A program made the translations under genes and the position numbers. The notes under the pieces were generated by a model. It searched no databases and was not told where the DNA came from. It was given only the letters and a program-made list of their open reading frames with translations. Below, piece after piece: positions 1-10,248 of a DNA stretch of 64,000 nt. The stretch covers positions 16,424 through 80,423 of the forward strand of contig JAKQPS010000120.1 of the NCBI GenBank assembly GCA_029564595.1. Reading direction: 5' to 3'. This stretch comes from a bacterium (GTDB lineage Bacteria > UBP15 > UBA6099). Within the stretch, counting starts at the first letter, position 1; each line of letters opens with the position of its first letter.

Positions 1-375
1 AAGAGCCAACTGACTGCCCCTCGCATCCACCGCCGCCTTCGCCGCCTGAATATCCTCCTTAGGATATCCGCTCAATAGAGTCGCCAGCGCCTTCTCCGCG
101 ACCGTCACCGCCGCTTCGGCCTCGCCCAACGCCGATTCCAACTGAGCGTTCTCAAGTCGCGCAATGGCTTCTCCGGCCTCCAGCCTGTCGCCCTCTTCCA
201 CCAGCGCCTCTATCACCCTGCCCCCCTCCATCGACCCTACTGAAACCTCCTCGCTCTCTATCCAACCCGAAACCTCCATAGAGGATGTTTTCATCGCCGG
301 GTCGCGACCGCCCCAAATATATATCCCCGCCGCCACAATAACCACCGCAACCGCCGCCGCTATTTTCTTCTTCAT
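1..375 (-). CDS. HlyD/efflux-type periplasmic adaptor (membrane fusion protein), N-terminal part; 3' end lies beyond the window start
   Basis: Manual minus-strand translation from ATG at 375: MKKKIAAAVAVVIVAAGIYIW (signal anchor) then GRVIEALVEEGDRLEAGEAIARLENAQLESALGEAEAAV, the lipoyl/coiled-coil pattern of membrane fusion proteins; AAGAGG upstream; immediately downstream of a TetR regulator. Shorter than 60 aa threshold boundaries so absent from ORF track. Confidence 0.6.
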   Translation of the reverse strand, partial: MKKKIAAAVAVVIVAAGIYIWGGRDPAMKTSSMEVSGWIESEEVSVGSMEGGRVIEALVEEGDRLEAGEAIARLENAQLESALGEAEAAVTVAEKALATLLSGYPKEDIQAAKAAVDARGSQLAL

Positions 376-405
376 CGGGAACCTCTTTCAGCGCGCCTGT
401 CCGCG

Positions 406-1029
406 CTAATCCTCGTCGCTCCTCTTCCGTATCCCGTCGAACAACACGCGGACATGATGTCTCGCCGCTTTTCTTATAAAAGCCTTGGAGTACCCTTTTT
501 CGCCTCTGACAATCTCCACGATGGGCTTTGCGAAAACGAGATACGCCGGAAAACTCGCGAAACTTATGAATAGAAGCGTCTCGTCCGTTTTCCTTATCTC
601 GCCGGCATCGACCGCCTGCTTGATCATCGAGCGCATGTCGCCGGCCAGCTTGGTAAAATGCGCCCCCGCAATCTCAGGCAATCGTCCGCCGCCAAGAAGA
701 AGCTCCGCTATTATTATTTTGCTGATAGAATACTCTCCGGAAAGAAACTCCAGAAACCGCCCGAACACAATTTCAAGCTTTCTATCCAAAGGCAAGGACT
801 CCGAGTTGATGTCCGCAACCGTCTGCCGCGCAGCGCCAAGCCCCTCGGCCACCGCGGCTTTCAGCAAATTTTCTTTTCCGCCGAAGTGATACGAAATCGC
901 GCCTATGTTCACACCGGCCTTCGCCGCGATGTCTCTTACCGAAACCCCGTCGTAGCCGCAACTGGCGAACATCTCCGTCGCCGCGTCCAGTATGCGTTGC
1001 CTTGTCTCGATGTGAGCCATAATCGCCAC
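406..1029 (-). CDS. TetR/AcrR family transcriptional regulator
   Basis: 207 aa ORF; N-terminal HTH signature RQRILDAATEMFASCGYDGVSVRDIAAKAGVNIGAISYHFGGKENLL typical of TetR family. Confidence 0.85.
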   Translation of the reverse strand: MAIMAHIETRQRILDAATEMFASCGYDGVSVRDIAAKAGVNIGAISYHFGGKENLLKAAVAEGLGAARQTVADINSESLPLDRKLEIVFGRFLEFLSGEYSISKIIIAELLLGGGRLPEIAGAHFTKLAGDMRSMIKQAVDAGEIRKTDETLLFISFASFPAYLVFAKPIVEIVRGEKGYSKAFIRKAARHHVRVLFDGIRKRSDED

Positions 1030-1171
1030 CTATTCATACAACCGTTTGTTTTAATTATGGCTCCCCTTCCGTATCCTGTCAAGCTCTTTCTTCCCTTGTT
1101 TTCGGAGCCATAGCGGTTCTTGTGCGAAGAATTAAATGAAACTTCCCATTAGCCACTTGATAAAACAGCGT

Positions 1172-1200
1172 CATGCGCAAAGGAAAAAGCTTTGCGCATG
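1172..1200. promoter_or_regulatory. Perfect 11-bp inverted repeat CATGCGCAAAG-N7-CTTTGCGCATG, candidate TetR operator
   Basis: Read directly in the intergenic region upstream of the TetR gene; size and symmetry fit a dimeric HTH operator. Confidence 0.35.
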
Positions 1201-1378
1201 GCATATATTTAAGCGGGTGGAATAATCTAATAATATGTATAACTGATTCTTCCCACTGCCAAGTATGCCATGCGTAATATTCTTTCATTTGCGCATTAGC
1301 GATAACGGCGACAATTCATGGGTAATTTCAAATAATAAGCCGTATAATTGCGTGTGGAATCATCTTATAACATGTGAA

Positions 1379-1699
1379 TCAGCAACTATTTTTTAGGCGG
1401 GTGAGTTTTTCGCGGAGTTGGGATTCTTCGTGGTTGAGGCTGAGATGTCCTGTGAGGGTTTCTCCGCCGCAGTGGGCGCTCATCCAGTTGAGGATTATTT
1501 CAATGTCGCGGAGAGATACGCGGGGCCGGCCGCCGTGGGCGATGTCGTTTACCTTTTCGAGCGCGCGGGCTTCATCGGGGAACAGGACGTCGCCGTCTCC
1601 CCAGTGGCCGCCTCGCAGGGTGCGCTCAGACCACATCAGCATTATCCGCGCTTCGTTCGCGGTGAATGTGATTTCTTCCGGCTGGCTGTCCCGGCTCAT
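1379..1699 (-). CDS. Hypothetical protein
   Basis: 106 aa ORF, GGAG 5 nt upstream of ATG, same strand as and downstream of the sensor kinase; no recognisable motif. Confidence 0.4.
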   Translation of the reverse strand: MSRDSQPEEITFTANEARIMLMWSERTLRGGHWGDGDVLFPDEARALEKVNDIAHGGRPRVSLRDIEIILNWMSAHCGGETLTGHLSLNHEESQLREKLTRLKNSC

Positions 1700-1866
1700 T
1701 TGCGCTCCATGCGGCGTCTTCTGAAAGCTCCCGCGCCGCCCGTCAACGTATTGCCCTCATAATTATAAATGAAATCTTTCATAAGTTTGCGGCGAAATGA
1801 TTTTAAACATGTCGCCCGCGAAGATGCGAATAAAAACATTTCAGCGGTTGCGCGATTATCGAGAGT

Positions 1867-4800
1867 TTAGGCGCGACGGGCGGCGGAGATTGAGGGCGCG
1901 GCCGCGGCGTCGAGCGGGATGAAGAATCCGGCGCGTGTGAAGCCGCCTGAGCGGTCGATACCGATGCGTCCGCCGTGTTTCAGGATGGCGCGGCGGGCCA
2001 GAGTCAGTCCTAATCCCATTCCTCCGGGGTTGGTTCCATAGAACGGCTCGAAGAAGCGGGAGATGTCGGCCTGCGGATATTCGGGACCGTTGTCGAGGAT
2101 TTCGACAAGGATGCCCGCCGAGCCGTCCACCTCTGAGCGGAGGGTGCGGGCGACGACCTGACCGCCGCGTCCGTTTTTCGCCGCGGCGTTCGCCGCGTTG
2201 GCGGCAAGATGCCATATAGCCATTTTTAGCAGGTTTTCGTCCGCCTTCATCTCCGGGCAGTTCCTGTCGAAGCGGGTTTCGAGGTTGACGTTCGGCGGAA
2301 GCATGTCCCTAGCTTCGAGAGCGCGCAGGGTTTCGGCGACCGCGCTGTTCACGTCGCATGAGCGCAACTGCGCCGGAGTATCCACCGAGTACATCATCAG
2401 AGAGTTCGCGGCGAGAGAAAGTTCTTTTGCGTGTTCGACGACGTCTTCCCAGATGGCGCGGGTTTCGGGAGCGAAAATGACGCCGCCGAGTTCTTTGATG
2501 TCCGCGTTGAGGTTGTCGAGGACAGACTCAAACCTGTCAGCGACGGCGCGGGCGAGGCGGGTCTTGGTTCTGGCTTCGAGCAGCCGGGAGTCGCGCGCGC
2601 GCGATTCCATCTCGCTGCCTATCTCCCGCACGCACACCACGCAGGCCTTGTTGCCTTCAGAGTCCTTCACGGCGGCCCCGGAAACACAGGCGAAGAACTT
2701 CTGCCCGCGCATGGTGCGGAGCGTCAATTCGCGGGAGGCCGCGCCTCCGATGTCCAGCCGCGCGGTGTCGAATATCGGCCCGTCTCCGGACGCGTTCAGC
2801 GCGTCTATGCTCTTGCCGAGGAATATCTCTTTGCGCGCCTCGAACCTTCTCGCGAAGGCCGCGTTCGCCATCAGTATCTTTCCGCCGTCTCCCACCACCG
2901 CCATCTCTTCAGGCATGCAGTCTATAATAGAGGAAAGGAATCTTATCTTTTTTTCTAGGAGCGGTTTTTCGAAGAGGGCTGCGCGCTCGACGTCCCGCTT
3001 CGGATCAAGCTGCTTGAGCGAGAAGATAAGCCTGCCGCCGGTTTCCGCCGGTTTGGAGACGGAGCAGACAGACATCTCGAAAGCGGACTTTTCGCCGCCC
3101 GCGCCGATCTCGACTTCAACCCGTTCGGCTTCGGACATGTTTTCGGCGGCGTTTCTTGCCGCCGCGACTGCCAGATTGCGGCTCTTTTCTGCGATCAGCG
3201 AGAAGAAGTCCGCGCCTACGATATCGCCGGCCGCGTTGAGGGCGCGAGCGGCGGCCGGGTTCATCCACTCTATCTTTCCGCCGCCGTCCACCGCGATAAG
3301 AGGCTCCGGCGCGTCGGTGGATATCTCTCTGAAGAACTTCTCCGCGCCCGCTATCTTCTCGTGCCTGTTGACGGTCTCGCTGACCTCGCGTCCGTATATG
3401 ACAGCTCCCCCGCCGCCCGCAGTGAGCGGATAGACGCGGAAGTCGTATATGGAAGGCGCGCCGCCGTGCGACGGTTGGAACCGGACGTCGCTGACGGTGA
3501 TTTCCTGAGCGGTTTCAATGGCTTTGCGGACGGCTGACGCGAGCCGTTTCTGCGCCCACGCGCCGCCCAGCGAACCGAGGCCTTTGCCCATGCAGGGCAA
3601 CGCCTCTTTCGGCATGTACGCCTCCGCCCTTTCGTTCGCCATGATCACCGCGTTCCACCTGTCTATCACCATGAAAAGGTCTTGAATGCTGGAGAGTATC
3701 GCTTGATTGAAGCGGGCTGTTTCGCGGACGCTTTCCAGAGTTTTGCCGCTCTCGCGCCTGTCTGTGGAGATGGATGCGACCATGCGGTTGAAGGCGGAGG
3801 CGAGCGGAGCGAACCCGCCCGTCTCGGCGGAGCCTATTTCCTGATTGAGATGGCCCCGCGCGATGGCGTCCATCCTGCCGCCGAGCATGAACAGGAACCG
3901 CGTGATGGACTGAGTCTCCATCACGGACAGCGCCCCGGCGGCTCCGCAAAACAAAATGAGGAAAAGCAAAAGCGTTTTCAGTATGAAATCGGCTCCGGCG
4001 GCGGCTTCCGCATACGGGCGTTGAGTTATCAGCCCCCACCCCATCGATTCGACTGGGGTGAACGACGCCGCCATCTTCACTTTGCCGTAGCGGTAGACCA
4101 TTGAGCCTATCTGGCCGGAGAGGACAGCCTTGACCGGGAGAAGTTCGGCGAATTCCTTGACGGAGCCTTCTTCTTTGTCCGGGTCGCCGCTGGCGACGAG
4201 CCTGCCTTCGGCGTCCACTAGGAATGAGAATCCGCTTTTGCCAGATGCGAGTCCGGTCACCGGCGCGCTGAAGCTCCTGTCATCCAGATTGAAGCCGGCG
4301 GCCACCACGCGGGAGACCCCGCCGCCTTCGCCGTAGGAGGGAACGAAGACGTACGCGGTGCGCTTTCCGCTGTCTAGCTTGTACATCGAGGAATAGCACG
4401 CGGCGACACCCTCGCGGGCCTGCATCAGGCATTTGTCCTTTACGAGCGCGCGGGCCGCCCCGCCGTCTTGCTCGGACGAGGCCAACAGCCGGGATTCGCT
4501 GAAAAGATACACCGAATCGACCGCCGGCATGTGCTCTATCTGCGATTTGAGAAGGGAGGAAATGACATGGTAGTCTTTGCCGCGAGAGAGACTGGACGCC
4601 GCGACTGACTGAGCGAACGCGGCGACGTTTCCCGCGGCTCCGGCTACGGCCTCCGCGCCTGAACGGGCGAGGGCCAGTTGATCGGTCTTGGTTCTGTCGA
4701 TGAGAGCGGAGCGGGCCTTGAGCGCCGAGACTGCGCCGACCACCAGCACCGCCGCCGCAACGCACGCGACATACATCATCACGTGCCGCGACTGAAGATG

Positions 4801-4872
4801 TCTCAAGCCAAGCTCGTCCCGCAACGGGCGCTCCGCCCCGTCTTCAGCGTCGATCAAATCGCGCCTGTCCAT
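1867..4872 (-). CDS. Sensor histidine kinase, multi-domain (periplasmic sensor, HAMP, PAS repeats, HisKA, HATPase_c)
   Basis: 1001 aa ORF; two hydrophobic segments bracketing an extracytoplasmic region; C-terminal ATPase motifs ILDNGPEYPQADISRFFEPFY and GGMGLGLTLARRAILKHGGRI. Confidence 0.85.
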   Translation of the reverse strand: MDRRDLIDAEDGAERPLRDELGLRHLQSRHVMMYVACVAAAVLVVGAVSALKARSALIDRTKTDQLALARSGAEAVAGAAGNVAAFAQSVAASSLSRGKDYHVISSLLKSQIEHMPAVDSVYLFSESRLLASSEQDGGAARALVKDKCLMQAREGVAACYSSMYKLDSGKRTAYVFVPSYGEGGGVSRVVAAGFNLDDRSFSAPVTGLASGKSGFSFLVDAEGRLVASGDPDKEEGSVKEFAELLPVKAVLSGQIGSMVYRYGKVKMAASFTPVESMGWGLITQRPYAEAAAGADFILKTLLLFLILFCGAAGALSVMETQSITRFLFMLGGRMDAIARGHLNQEIGSAETGGFAPLASAFNRMVASISTDRRESGKTLESVRETARFNQAILSSIQDLFMVIDRWNAVIMANERAEAYMPKEALPCMGKGLGSLGGAWAQKRLASAVRKAIETAQEITVSDVRFQPSHGGAPSIYDFRVYPLTAGGGGAVIYGREVSETVNRHEKIAGAEKFFREISTDAPEPLIAVDGGGKIEWMNPAAARALNAAGDIVGADFFSLIAEKSRNLAVAAARNAAENMSEAERVEVEIGAGGEKSAFEMSVCSVSKPAETGGRLIFSLKQLDPKRDVERAALFEKPLLEKKIRFLSSIIDCMPEEMAVVGDGGKILMANAAFARRFEARKEIFLGKSIDALNASGDGPIFDTARLDIGGAASRELTLRTMRGQKFFACVSGAAVKDSEGNKACVVCVREIGSEMESRARDSRLLEARTKTRLARAVADRFESVLDNLNADIKELGGVIFAPETRAIWEDVVEHAKELSLAANSLMMYSVDTPAQLRSCDVNSAVAETLRALEARDMLPPNVNLETRFDRNCPEMKADENLLKMAIWHLAANAANAAAKNGRGGQVVARTLRSEVDGSAGILVEILDNGPEYPQADISRFFEPFYGTNPGGMGLGLTLARRAILKHGGRIGIDRSGGFTRAGFFIPLDAAAAPSISAARRA

Positions 4873-4928
4873 CCGGCCTCCGTCACATTGCGTCCGCCCC
4901 GCGTCGCGGAGCGGCTGTCATTGCCGCG

Positions 4929-5540
4929 TCAGTTGCTCGCCGCGCCGAGAATGGCTGCCGCCGCAACGCCTATCCACAGCGTGGTCTGACCTTTCTTGCG
5001 GTCGCTTCTTTCCTTGTCTAGGTCTCTGTTGAGAGCGGCGACATCCTGATTGAGCCGCCCGATGTCTTCTCTCATCTTCTTGTTTTCAGCCGCAAGCGCG
5101 TCAGTCCTCTCGCGGAACTCCACGACCGCCTTTGAGAGGTCGTTCTGGAGGACGACTCTGGCCTTCTCATTGTCCGCCACCCTCTGGTCGATAGCCTTCA
5201 TCCTGTTGTCATAGTCCGATATTTCATTTTTGAAGATGTCGCTGAGTTTCTTTATCTCCGCGAGGTCTCCGCCGCCGACGCCGATTTCTCCGCGCTCGAT
5301 CTGGTCGATGAGCTTCGCCAGAGCCGCCGCGAACACCACGCGGCTGAGCGCCTGTCCGCCTCTGAACTCTCCCGTGTCGTACAGAGCCAGATAGCCTTTG
5401 TCCACCAGCTTCTTGACGCTGGAGTACGCCCAGTCCGACTGCTTCATGTCTTTGATTTCCGTGTCCGCGCTCGCGACCGACGCCGAGAACGCCGCCAGCA
5501 GAACCGCCACAACAATCGCCTTCGCTCTCATAAACCACAC
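4929..5540 (-). CDS. Secreted coiled-coil protein with SLH-like N-terminal motif
   Basis: 203 aa; signal peptide AIVVAVLLAAFSASVASA; SDWAYSSVKKLVDKGYLALYDTGEFRGGQALSRVVFAAALAKL resembles S-layer homology domain; heptad-like central region; C-terminal hydrophobic tail. Confidence 0.6.
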   Translation of the reverse strand: MWFMRAKAIVVAVLLAAFSASVASADTEIKDMKQSDWAYSSVKKLVDKGYLALYDTGEFRGGQALSRVVFAAALAKLIDQIERGEIGVGGGDLAEIKKLSDIFKNEISDYDNRMKAIDQRVADNEKARVVLQNDLSKAVVEFRERTDALAAENKKMREDIGRLNQDVAALNRDLDKERSDRKKGQTTLWIGVAAAAILGAASN

Positions 5541-5616
5541 TCCTTGTAATTTTTGCTATATCACAATATATTGCCGGGCCGCGAAGCGCGGCCTTTGATT
5601 CGACTCCGTCGCGCTC

Positions 5617-7776
5617 TTATTCCGAGAGCGATTTTACCACCGTTTTCTCAATTGAATACTCGATGTCGCCGCCTGAAAGGTCCTTTAGAACCAAGCCCTC
5701 GACGTCAATGCCGCTTTCGCCGGGAGCCACCGCCCTGAAATACACCTTCACAATCGAACCTTCCGCGATGTCGAGAGGCGACGAGCGCCGGCCCTTTATC
5801 CCCGTTATCGCGCCGAGCTTGTTGTCTATGGCAGGATCGCGCCACGGAAGCGGCTGGCCCTTCTCCACGAACAGCGTGCCCTGCGACGCCATGACTGCCT
5901 GAAGCACGTCCGCGTTGAAACGCACCGTCATGTCCGCCTCGCCGATCTGCTCTATGTCGGTGACGAAAAGCTCGGCGGTGAAAAACATGCCGGGGTAGGT
6001 CTCGGCGGGAGCCCCAGTCCATCCCATCGCTACGGGCAGCGGGTCAACCGTCACCTCGCGCGTCACCGTCTTGTCCTCGGCGCTCTCGGAGGTTATGTTG
6101 AACTTGAGCGGAAGCGCGCCGGATTTTTCGCCGTTCGCCGACACGCGCCACGAGAACACAACTTCCTGCAGCCCGTCCAGCCTGCGGTAACTCTGTTCCG
6201 CTTTCTGAATGCGCGGGAACTCAAGCCCCTCCGGCAGAACCAGCTCCACTTTCAGGCCGTCCAGAGGCGACCTGCCGGTGTTCTTGCACTTGAGCTGCAC
6301 ATGGAACGGCGGGCCGTACGGGCCATACTCTCTCGTGGCCGCGCGCGACACCCTCTGCGGAGCGACAACCTCGGTCGCCACGTCCGGCGGAGAAAGAAGG
6401 GTGACGCCGATTTTCAGATGCACGGAGTCCACCTCGCGGGCGCTTCCGGAGATTGTTAATTCCTTTTCGCCGCCCGCGCCCGGTTTCGGGCGTATCACCC
6501 AGCCGATGGTCGCCTCTTCGCCCGGCTCCAGCTTCGCAAAGCGTCTGACGCCGGAGTCCCTGCCCGCAAACTCGATCCCCGCAGGCAGGTCGATTGTTAT
6601 CAGCACATCGTTCAGAGTTATGTTCGAACTGTTCGCCACGTATGCGTACAGCGTGTATGGCCTTATCTGGTTTTTCGCGGTCGACCATTCGCCGAGATGG
6701 CGGTTGGCCCCGATGCTCAGCACATCGCCGACCACGTCGAGATAGTCGATGCCGAACAGGGTGGCCACCTGAAGCTCGCCCTGAGCCGGGACAACCGTCT
6801 CGTCCCAGTAGAGCGCGGTGGCGCTGTCCATGTCGTCCTCGTTCTCCCTCTGGAACGAGCCTCCCGGCGTGTGGTGGACGGTCCACAGGTTATCCGCCAC
6901 CTTTCCCCAGTTGGCAAAAAGAACCCTGTCGGGAGTCGTCAGTCCCGGCCCGCGGAGCGTGCCGCGCGCCACCACTCCGGGGTCTTCCAGCGAGTCGAAA
7001 GCGATCCAGTATTCAGGCACGTCCGCGCCGGTCAACTCGGTCTCGGAAGTCACGCTCGATTCGCCCACCTTGAACGGAGAGCCGTCGTTGCTGCCGAGGA
7101 AAGTGTCTATAACCGCCCTGACGCCCACCTTGCGCGGCGAAGCTCCCAGATTGCGTATGTCGTAGCTAATCTTTATCGTGTCGTTAAGTTTCGAGACCGG
7201 GCCGCTGACGATGCTCAGCGTTTGAGTCACCTCGACGTCTTCCATGCGGTATCTGGAGACGATGGCGTTGGCGCCGCTCGTCCGGGGAAGGTCCACCGGC
7301 TGACCGTATAGCGCGTCGCGACCCGCCCGCCTGTGCGTTGAGCCGCCGAACACGTAGTTCTTCCCGTCTATCCGAATCGTGGTGAAAGACGTCCACGGCA
7401 GCGCGCCGCCGTAGATGAGTATCTTGCTGTCGTCAGTGTCCCGCGCCGGGTCGCCTTTGACTGTGCGGGCAAGGAACCGGCCCGTGTCCACCGGCATCAC
7501 ATTCACGTGCGCCGATATGAAGTCGTTGCTGATTACCAACTCCTTGGGGCCGTCGTACTGCGGGGCCGGGTCTGCAGCCGGGGAATGACCCTCTGCCGGA
7601 GCCGGAGATGGAGCGGGCGTCGCCGCCGGAGCAGGCTCGGTGTTCAGGACTCCGTTCACGTCCGCTATGCGCGGCTTGGGACTCTCTTCGGCTCCGCGCA
7701 CGGGCAGAGCGAAAAGCGATAGAGCGACAGCCGCCGCCGCCAGCCATGCCGCCGCTATTGTGAGTTTTTTCATCAT
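5617..7776 (-). CDS. Large secreted protein of unknown function (possible cohesin-like C-terminal domain)
   Basis: Start chosen at ATG 7776 (MMKKLTIAAAWLAAAAVALSLFALPVRG signal peptide), which overlaps the upstream TGA stop (ATGATGA), rather than the ORF-track start at 7818. Pro/Ala-rich linker then about 650 aa globular region. Confidence 0.65.
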   Translation of the reverse strand: MMKKLTIAAAWLAAAAVALSLFALPVRGAEESPKPRIADVNGVLNTEPAPAATPAPSPAPAEGHSPAADPAPQYDGPKELVISNDFISAHVNVMPVDTGRFLARTVKGDPARDTDDSKILIYGGALPWTSFTTIRIDGKNYVFGGSTHRRAGRDALYGQPVDLPRTSGANAIVSRYRMEDVEVTQTLSIVSGPVSKLNDTIKISYDIRNLGASPRKVGVRAVIDTFLGSNDGSPFKVGESSVTSETELTGADVPEYWIAFDSLEDPGVVARGTLRGPGLTTPDRVLFANWGKVADNLWTVHHTPGGSFQRENEDDMDSATALYWDETVVPAQGELQVATLFGIDYLDVVGDVLSIGANRHLGEWSTAKNQIRPYTLYAYVANSSNITLNDVLITIDLPAGIEFAGRDSGVRRFAKLEPGEEATIGWVIRPKPGAGGEKELTISGSAREVDSVHLKIGVTLLSPPDVATEVVAPQRVSRAATREYGPYGPPFHVQLKCKNTGRSPLDGLKVELVLPEGLEFPRIQKAEQSYRRLDGLQEVVFSWRVSANGEKSGALPLKFNITSESAEDKTVTREVTVDPLPVAMGWTGAPAETYPGMFFTAELFVTDIEQIGEADMTVRFNADVLQAVMASQGTLFVEKGQPLPWRDPAIDNKLGAITGIKGRRSSPLDIAEGSIVKVYFRAVAPGESGIDVEGLVLKDLSGGDIEYSIEKTVVKSLSE

Positions 7777-8615
7777 TTCGTAATCATCTCGCATTTCGGG
7801 AACGCCCCGCATCTGCACCCGATCTTGGTCTTAAACGTCTTGCCCGGGTCGGACGCCACCGCGTTCCGGTTGAAGTCCATCTCGATTATTCTGCGCGTCA
7901 TCTCTATCGTGTTTATGTCAAACCGGGTTTTGGGTTGGTCGTCAAACACGACTTTAAGCTCGCCATCCGCGTAAGTCACTTCGTAGGTAAAATAAAGCCT
8001 GTCGTTGTCCGCGTCGTCCTTCTTGCAGTCAGGAACTCTGGCAAGACCGAAAGAGCCTTGAGGGAAAGGGCCTACGCCGGGGCCGACGCCCATGCGGTCG
8101 TTCCTGCCGTCGCCCACAGTGTCGATAGGCCTGTCGCCGCCCGCGCCCGCGCTTGTCGCGCCGTCTTCGGCGCGGTCCGCGACCGCTCCCGTCCGGGCGC
8201 TCGAATCGCGCCCCGTCTCGCTACCCGTAGCGCGAGGTTGCGTTTTGGAAACCTGCGGCTCTCTGTCCCGCAGCCTCTCATCCCTCGGCTTGTCCGGCAA
8301 CACCACCGGCGACTGCGTCCTGTCTCTTACCGGGGCCCTGTCCGGGGCCTCCCTGACCACCGGAGCCGCGTCCCGGTCAGGCGAGATGTCGTCAGACGCC
8401 GCAACCGGCGTCTTCGCCCCGTCCACAGGAGACGTCACCTTCACCACCCCTATCGGAAGAAGCCCCTCGCTCAACGCCCCGCCCTGTATCGCCCCGCCCG
8501 GCCTGCTGAACAGCAACCCGATTATCAGCAAAAGCGCAAGATGCAGCAACAGCGACGCCGCGTACGACGCCGCTTTCGTCTTGCGCTCGTCCGTCGTTTT
8601 CTTCTTCATCGGCAT
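7773..8615 (-). CDS. TonB-like membrane-anchored protein (atypical), partner of ExbB/ExbD
   Basis: N-terminal TM anchor, long Pro/Asp/Arg-rich spacer, roughly 100 aa C-terminal domain ending in CRCGAFPKC; position directly after exbD. C-terminal domain does not clearly match canonical TonB. Confidence 0.5.
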   Translation of the reverse strand: MPMKKKTTDERKTKAASYAASLLLHLALLLIIGLLFSRPGGAIQGGALSEGLLPIGVVKVTSPVDGAKTPVAASDDISPDRDAAPVVREAPDRAPVRDRTQSPVVLPDKPRDERLRDREPQVSKTQPRATGSETGRDSSARTGAVADRAEDGATSAGAGGDRPIDTVGDGRNDRMGVGPGVGPFPQGSFGLARVPDCKKDDADNDRLYFTYEVTYADGELKVVFDDQPKTRFDINTIEMTRRIIEMDFNRNAVASDPGKTFKTKIGCRCGAFPKCEMITK

Positions 8616-8624
8616 CGACCGCCT

Positions 8625-9053
8625 TTAGTCTCCATCCTTCTGCTTCAACTGCAGCGCGAGCTTTTTGCCGCCCGAACTGTTCACGATGTCGATCACCCTG
8701 ACCACGTCGTCGTAAAGCACCTCCGGCTCGGCGGCAACCACGAACGCCGAATCCGGCTCCGACGACAGTTTTGCCGACACCATCGCCCCCAGAGTGTCCG
8801 GCGTAACCTGCAAGTCCTCGAAAAATATCGCCACATCCTGCCCGCCGCCGTGTTTGACGGACACCTGCACATGCTTCTGCAACGGCTCCACTTCCGACTT
8901 TTCGGGAAGATTAAGGTTCATCCCCGTCCGCGCCGATATCAGAGTGGTCGAGACGGCAAAGAATATTATCAGCGTGAAAGCGCAGTCGATGAGCGGAGTG
9001 AAATCTATGCTCGGCTTAATCCTGCTCGACCGCTTGTACCTAATTTGAAACAT
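8625..9053 (-). CDS. exbD: Biopolymer transport protein ExbD/TolR
   Basis: 142 aa; single N-terminal TM (IDFTPLIDCAFTLIIFFAV) and periplasmic domain, typical ExbD/TolR layout; overlaps exbB stop. Confidence 0.8.
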   Translation of the reverse strand: MFQIRYKRSSRIKPSIDFTPLIDCAFTLIIFFAVSTTLISARTGMNLNLPEKSEVEPLQKHVQVSVKHGGGQDVAIFFEDLQVTPDTLGAMVSAKLSSEPDSAFVVAAEPEVLYDDVVRVIDIVNSSGGKKLALQLKQKDGD

Positions 9054-9672
9054 CGGCCCGGCCCTCCATCCGCATGAAGTTGACCAACTCCGTGACCGAC
9101 TTCTCCATCTGATTGATTATCCTGTCCACCCTCGCGGCGAGCAGGTTGTGGAATATCATGAAGATAATCGCTATCGTCAGCCCGGTCGCGGTGGTGATGA
9201 GGGCCTCCGCGATTCCGCCCGACAACTGCTCGCTGTTGCCGATGTGCCCGCCCGCGATTACGCTGAACAGCTTCATCAGCCCCGTAATAGTTCCCAGAAG
9301 CCCCAGCAGCGGCGCGACCGTCACTAGGGTGGACAGTATCGGCAGCCCTCTCTCCATCCGGGGAGCTTCCTCAAGGAACGCCTCGTTCACGCCCTCTTTC
9401 AACTCCTCCAGTTCGAGATCGTGCAGGTCGATCGCCGTCGCAAGCGCCGCCGCCACCGGGCCCGGCGTCGCTTCGCAGTATCCGACCGCCACCCGGAAAT
9501 CTTTCTTCTTGAGCGCGTCCTTTACTTTGCCGATCAGTTTTTCCGGGTCCGCCCCGGCGCGGCTCAGACTGTAAAACCGCTCGATTGTTATCGCAAGAGC
9601 CACAATCGAGCACAGCAGCAGCGGCCACATCACCGGCCCGCCCTTTGTCATTATGTCCACTATCGCGCTCAT
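9040..9672 (-). CDS. exbB: MotA/TolQ/ExbB proton channel family protein
   Basis: 210 aa; three TM helices with conserved C-terminal region GGIAEALITTATGLTIAI typical of ExbB/TolQ. Confidence 0.8.
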   Translation of the reverse strand: MSAIVDIMTKGGPVMWPLLLCSIVALAITIERFYSLSRAGADPEKLIGKVKDALKKKDFRVAVGYCEATPGPVAAALATAIDLHDLELEELKEGVNEAFLEEAPRMERGLPILSTLVTVAPLLGLLGTITGLMKLFSVIAGGHIGNSEQLSGGIAEALITTATGLTIAIIFMIFHNLLAARVDRIINQMEKSVTELVNFMRMEGRADVSN

Positions 9673-10248
9673 TGCCGTCCTCCGTTTTTTACTTTGTATT
9701 TTTTCATCGTTGAAAGCGCTGTTTTGTCGCTTAAAGTGCGGAATAATTCCGCTTTGTCCTAGATTCTATTATGCGCTCTTCGAAAAATCAACCCTTCTCA
9801 GTAAAATATTCACCTATAGTTGCCGACAGTTATTTCTATTAAACGGGGGATAAACAACAAACAAGCCATAAATGATTGCCGTCTGCGGTTTTGTCCTTTT
9901 TGTCTCTTATGCCCGCCCTCGTCCCCGCTCGCCTTATTTAGACAATGCTCGCGCTCATTCCGGAGCTTTTTCTCAAAAATATCGATATGGCAAAAATAAT
10001 GGAACCCGAACTCGCAGTTTATCCCGGGTTCGCCGATAGATTGTTCAACTTCGAAGAGAGTTCCGGGTTTTTCGCGGTTCTTCTTATCGTTGCGGAACAA
10101 ATACGCGCGAAAAAGTTTTGGCAAAAGGAGCTTTGGCGAAACAACCCGTTTTAAACGGTTTTTTCGGGTTAATTGACCGGCGGAGAGAACAAAACTATCA
10201 TATCAGAGGCGCGCCGAAGCGCGCGCAATCAGCCCGGAGGAGGGCATC

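Noticed and set aside
2198-3433. 411-aa plus-strand ORF inside the sensor kinase gene
   Set aside because: Lies antisense within a well-supported 1001-aa kinase gene; Ser/Arg/Ala-rich low-complexity translation typical of shadow ORFs in high-GC DNA.
9810-10124. 104-aa minus-strand ORF in the exbB/hisC intergenic region
   Set aside because: No RBS, AT-rich low-complexity product; region is more plausibly the divergent promoter space.
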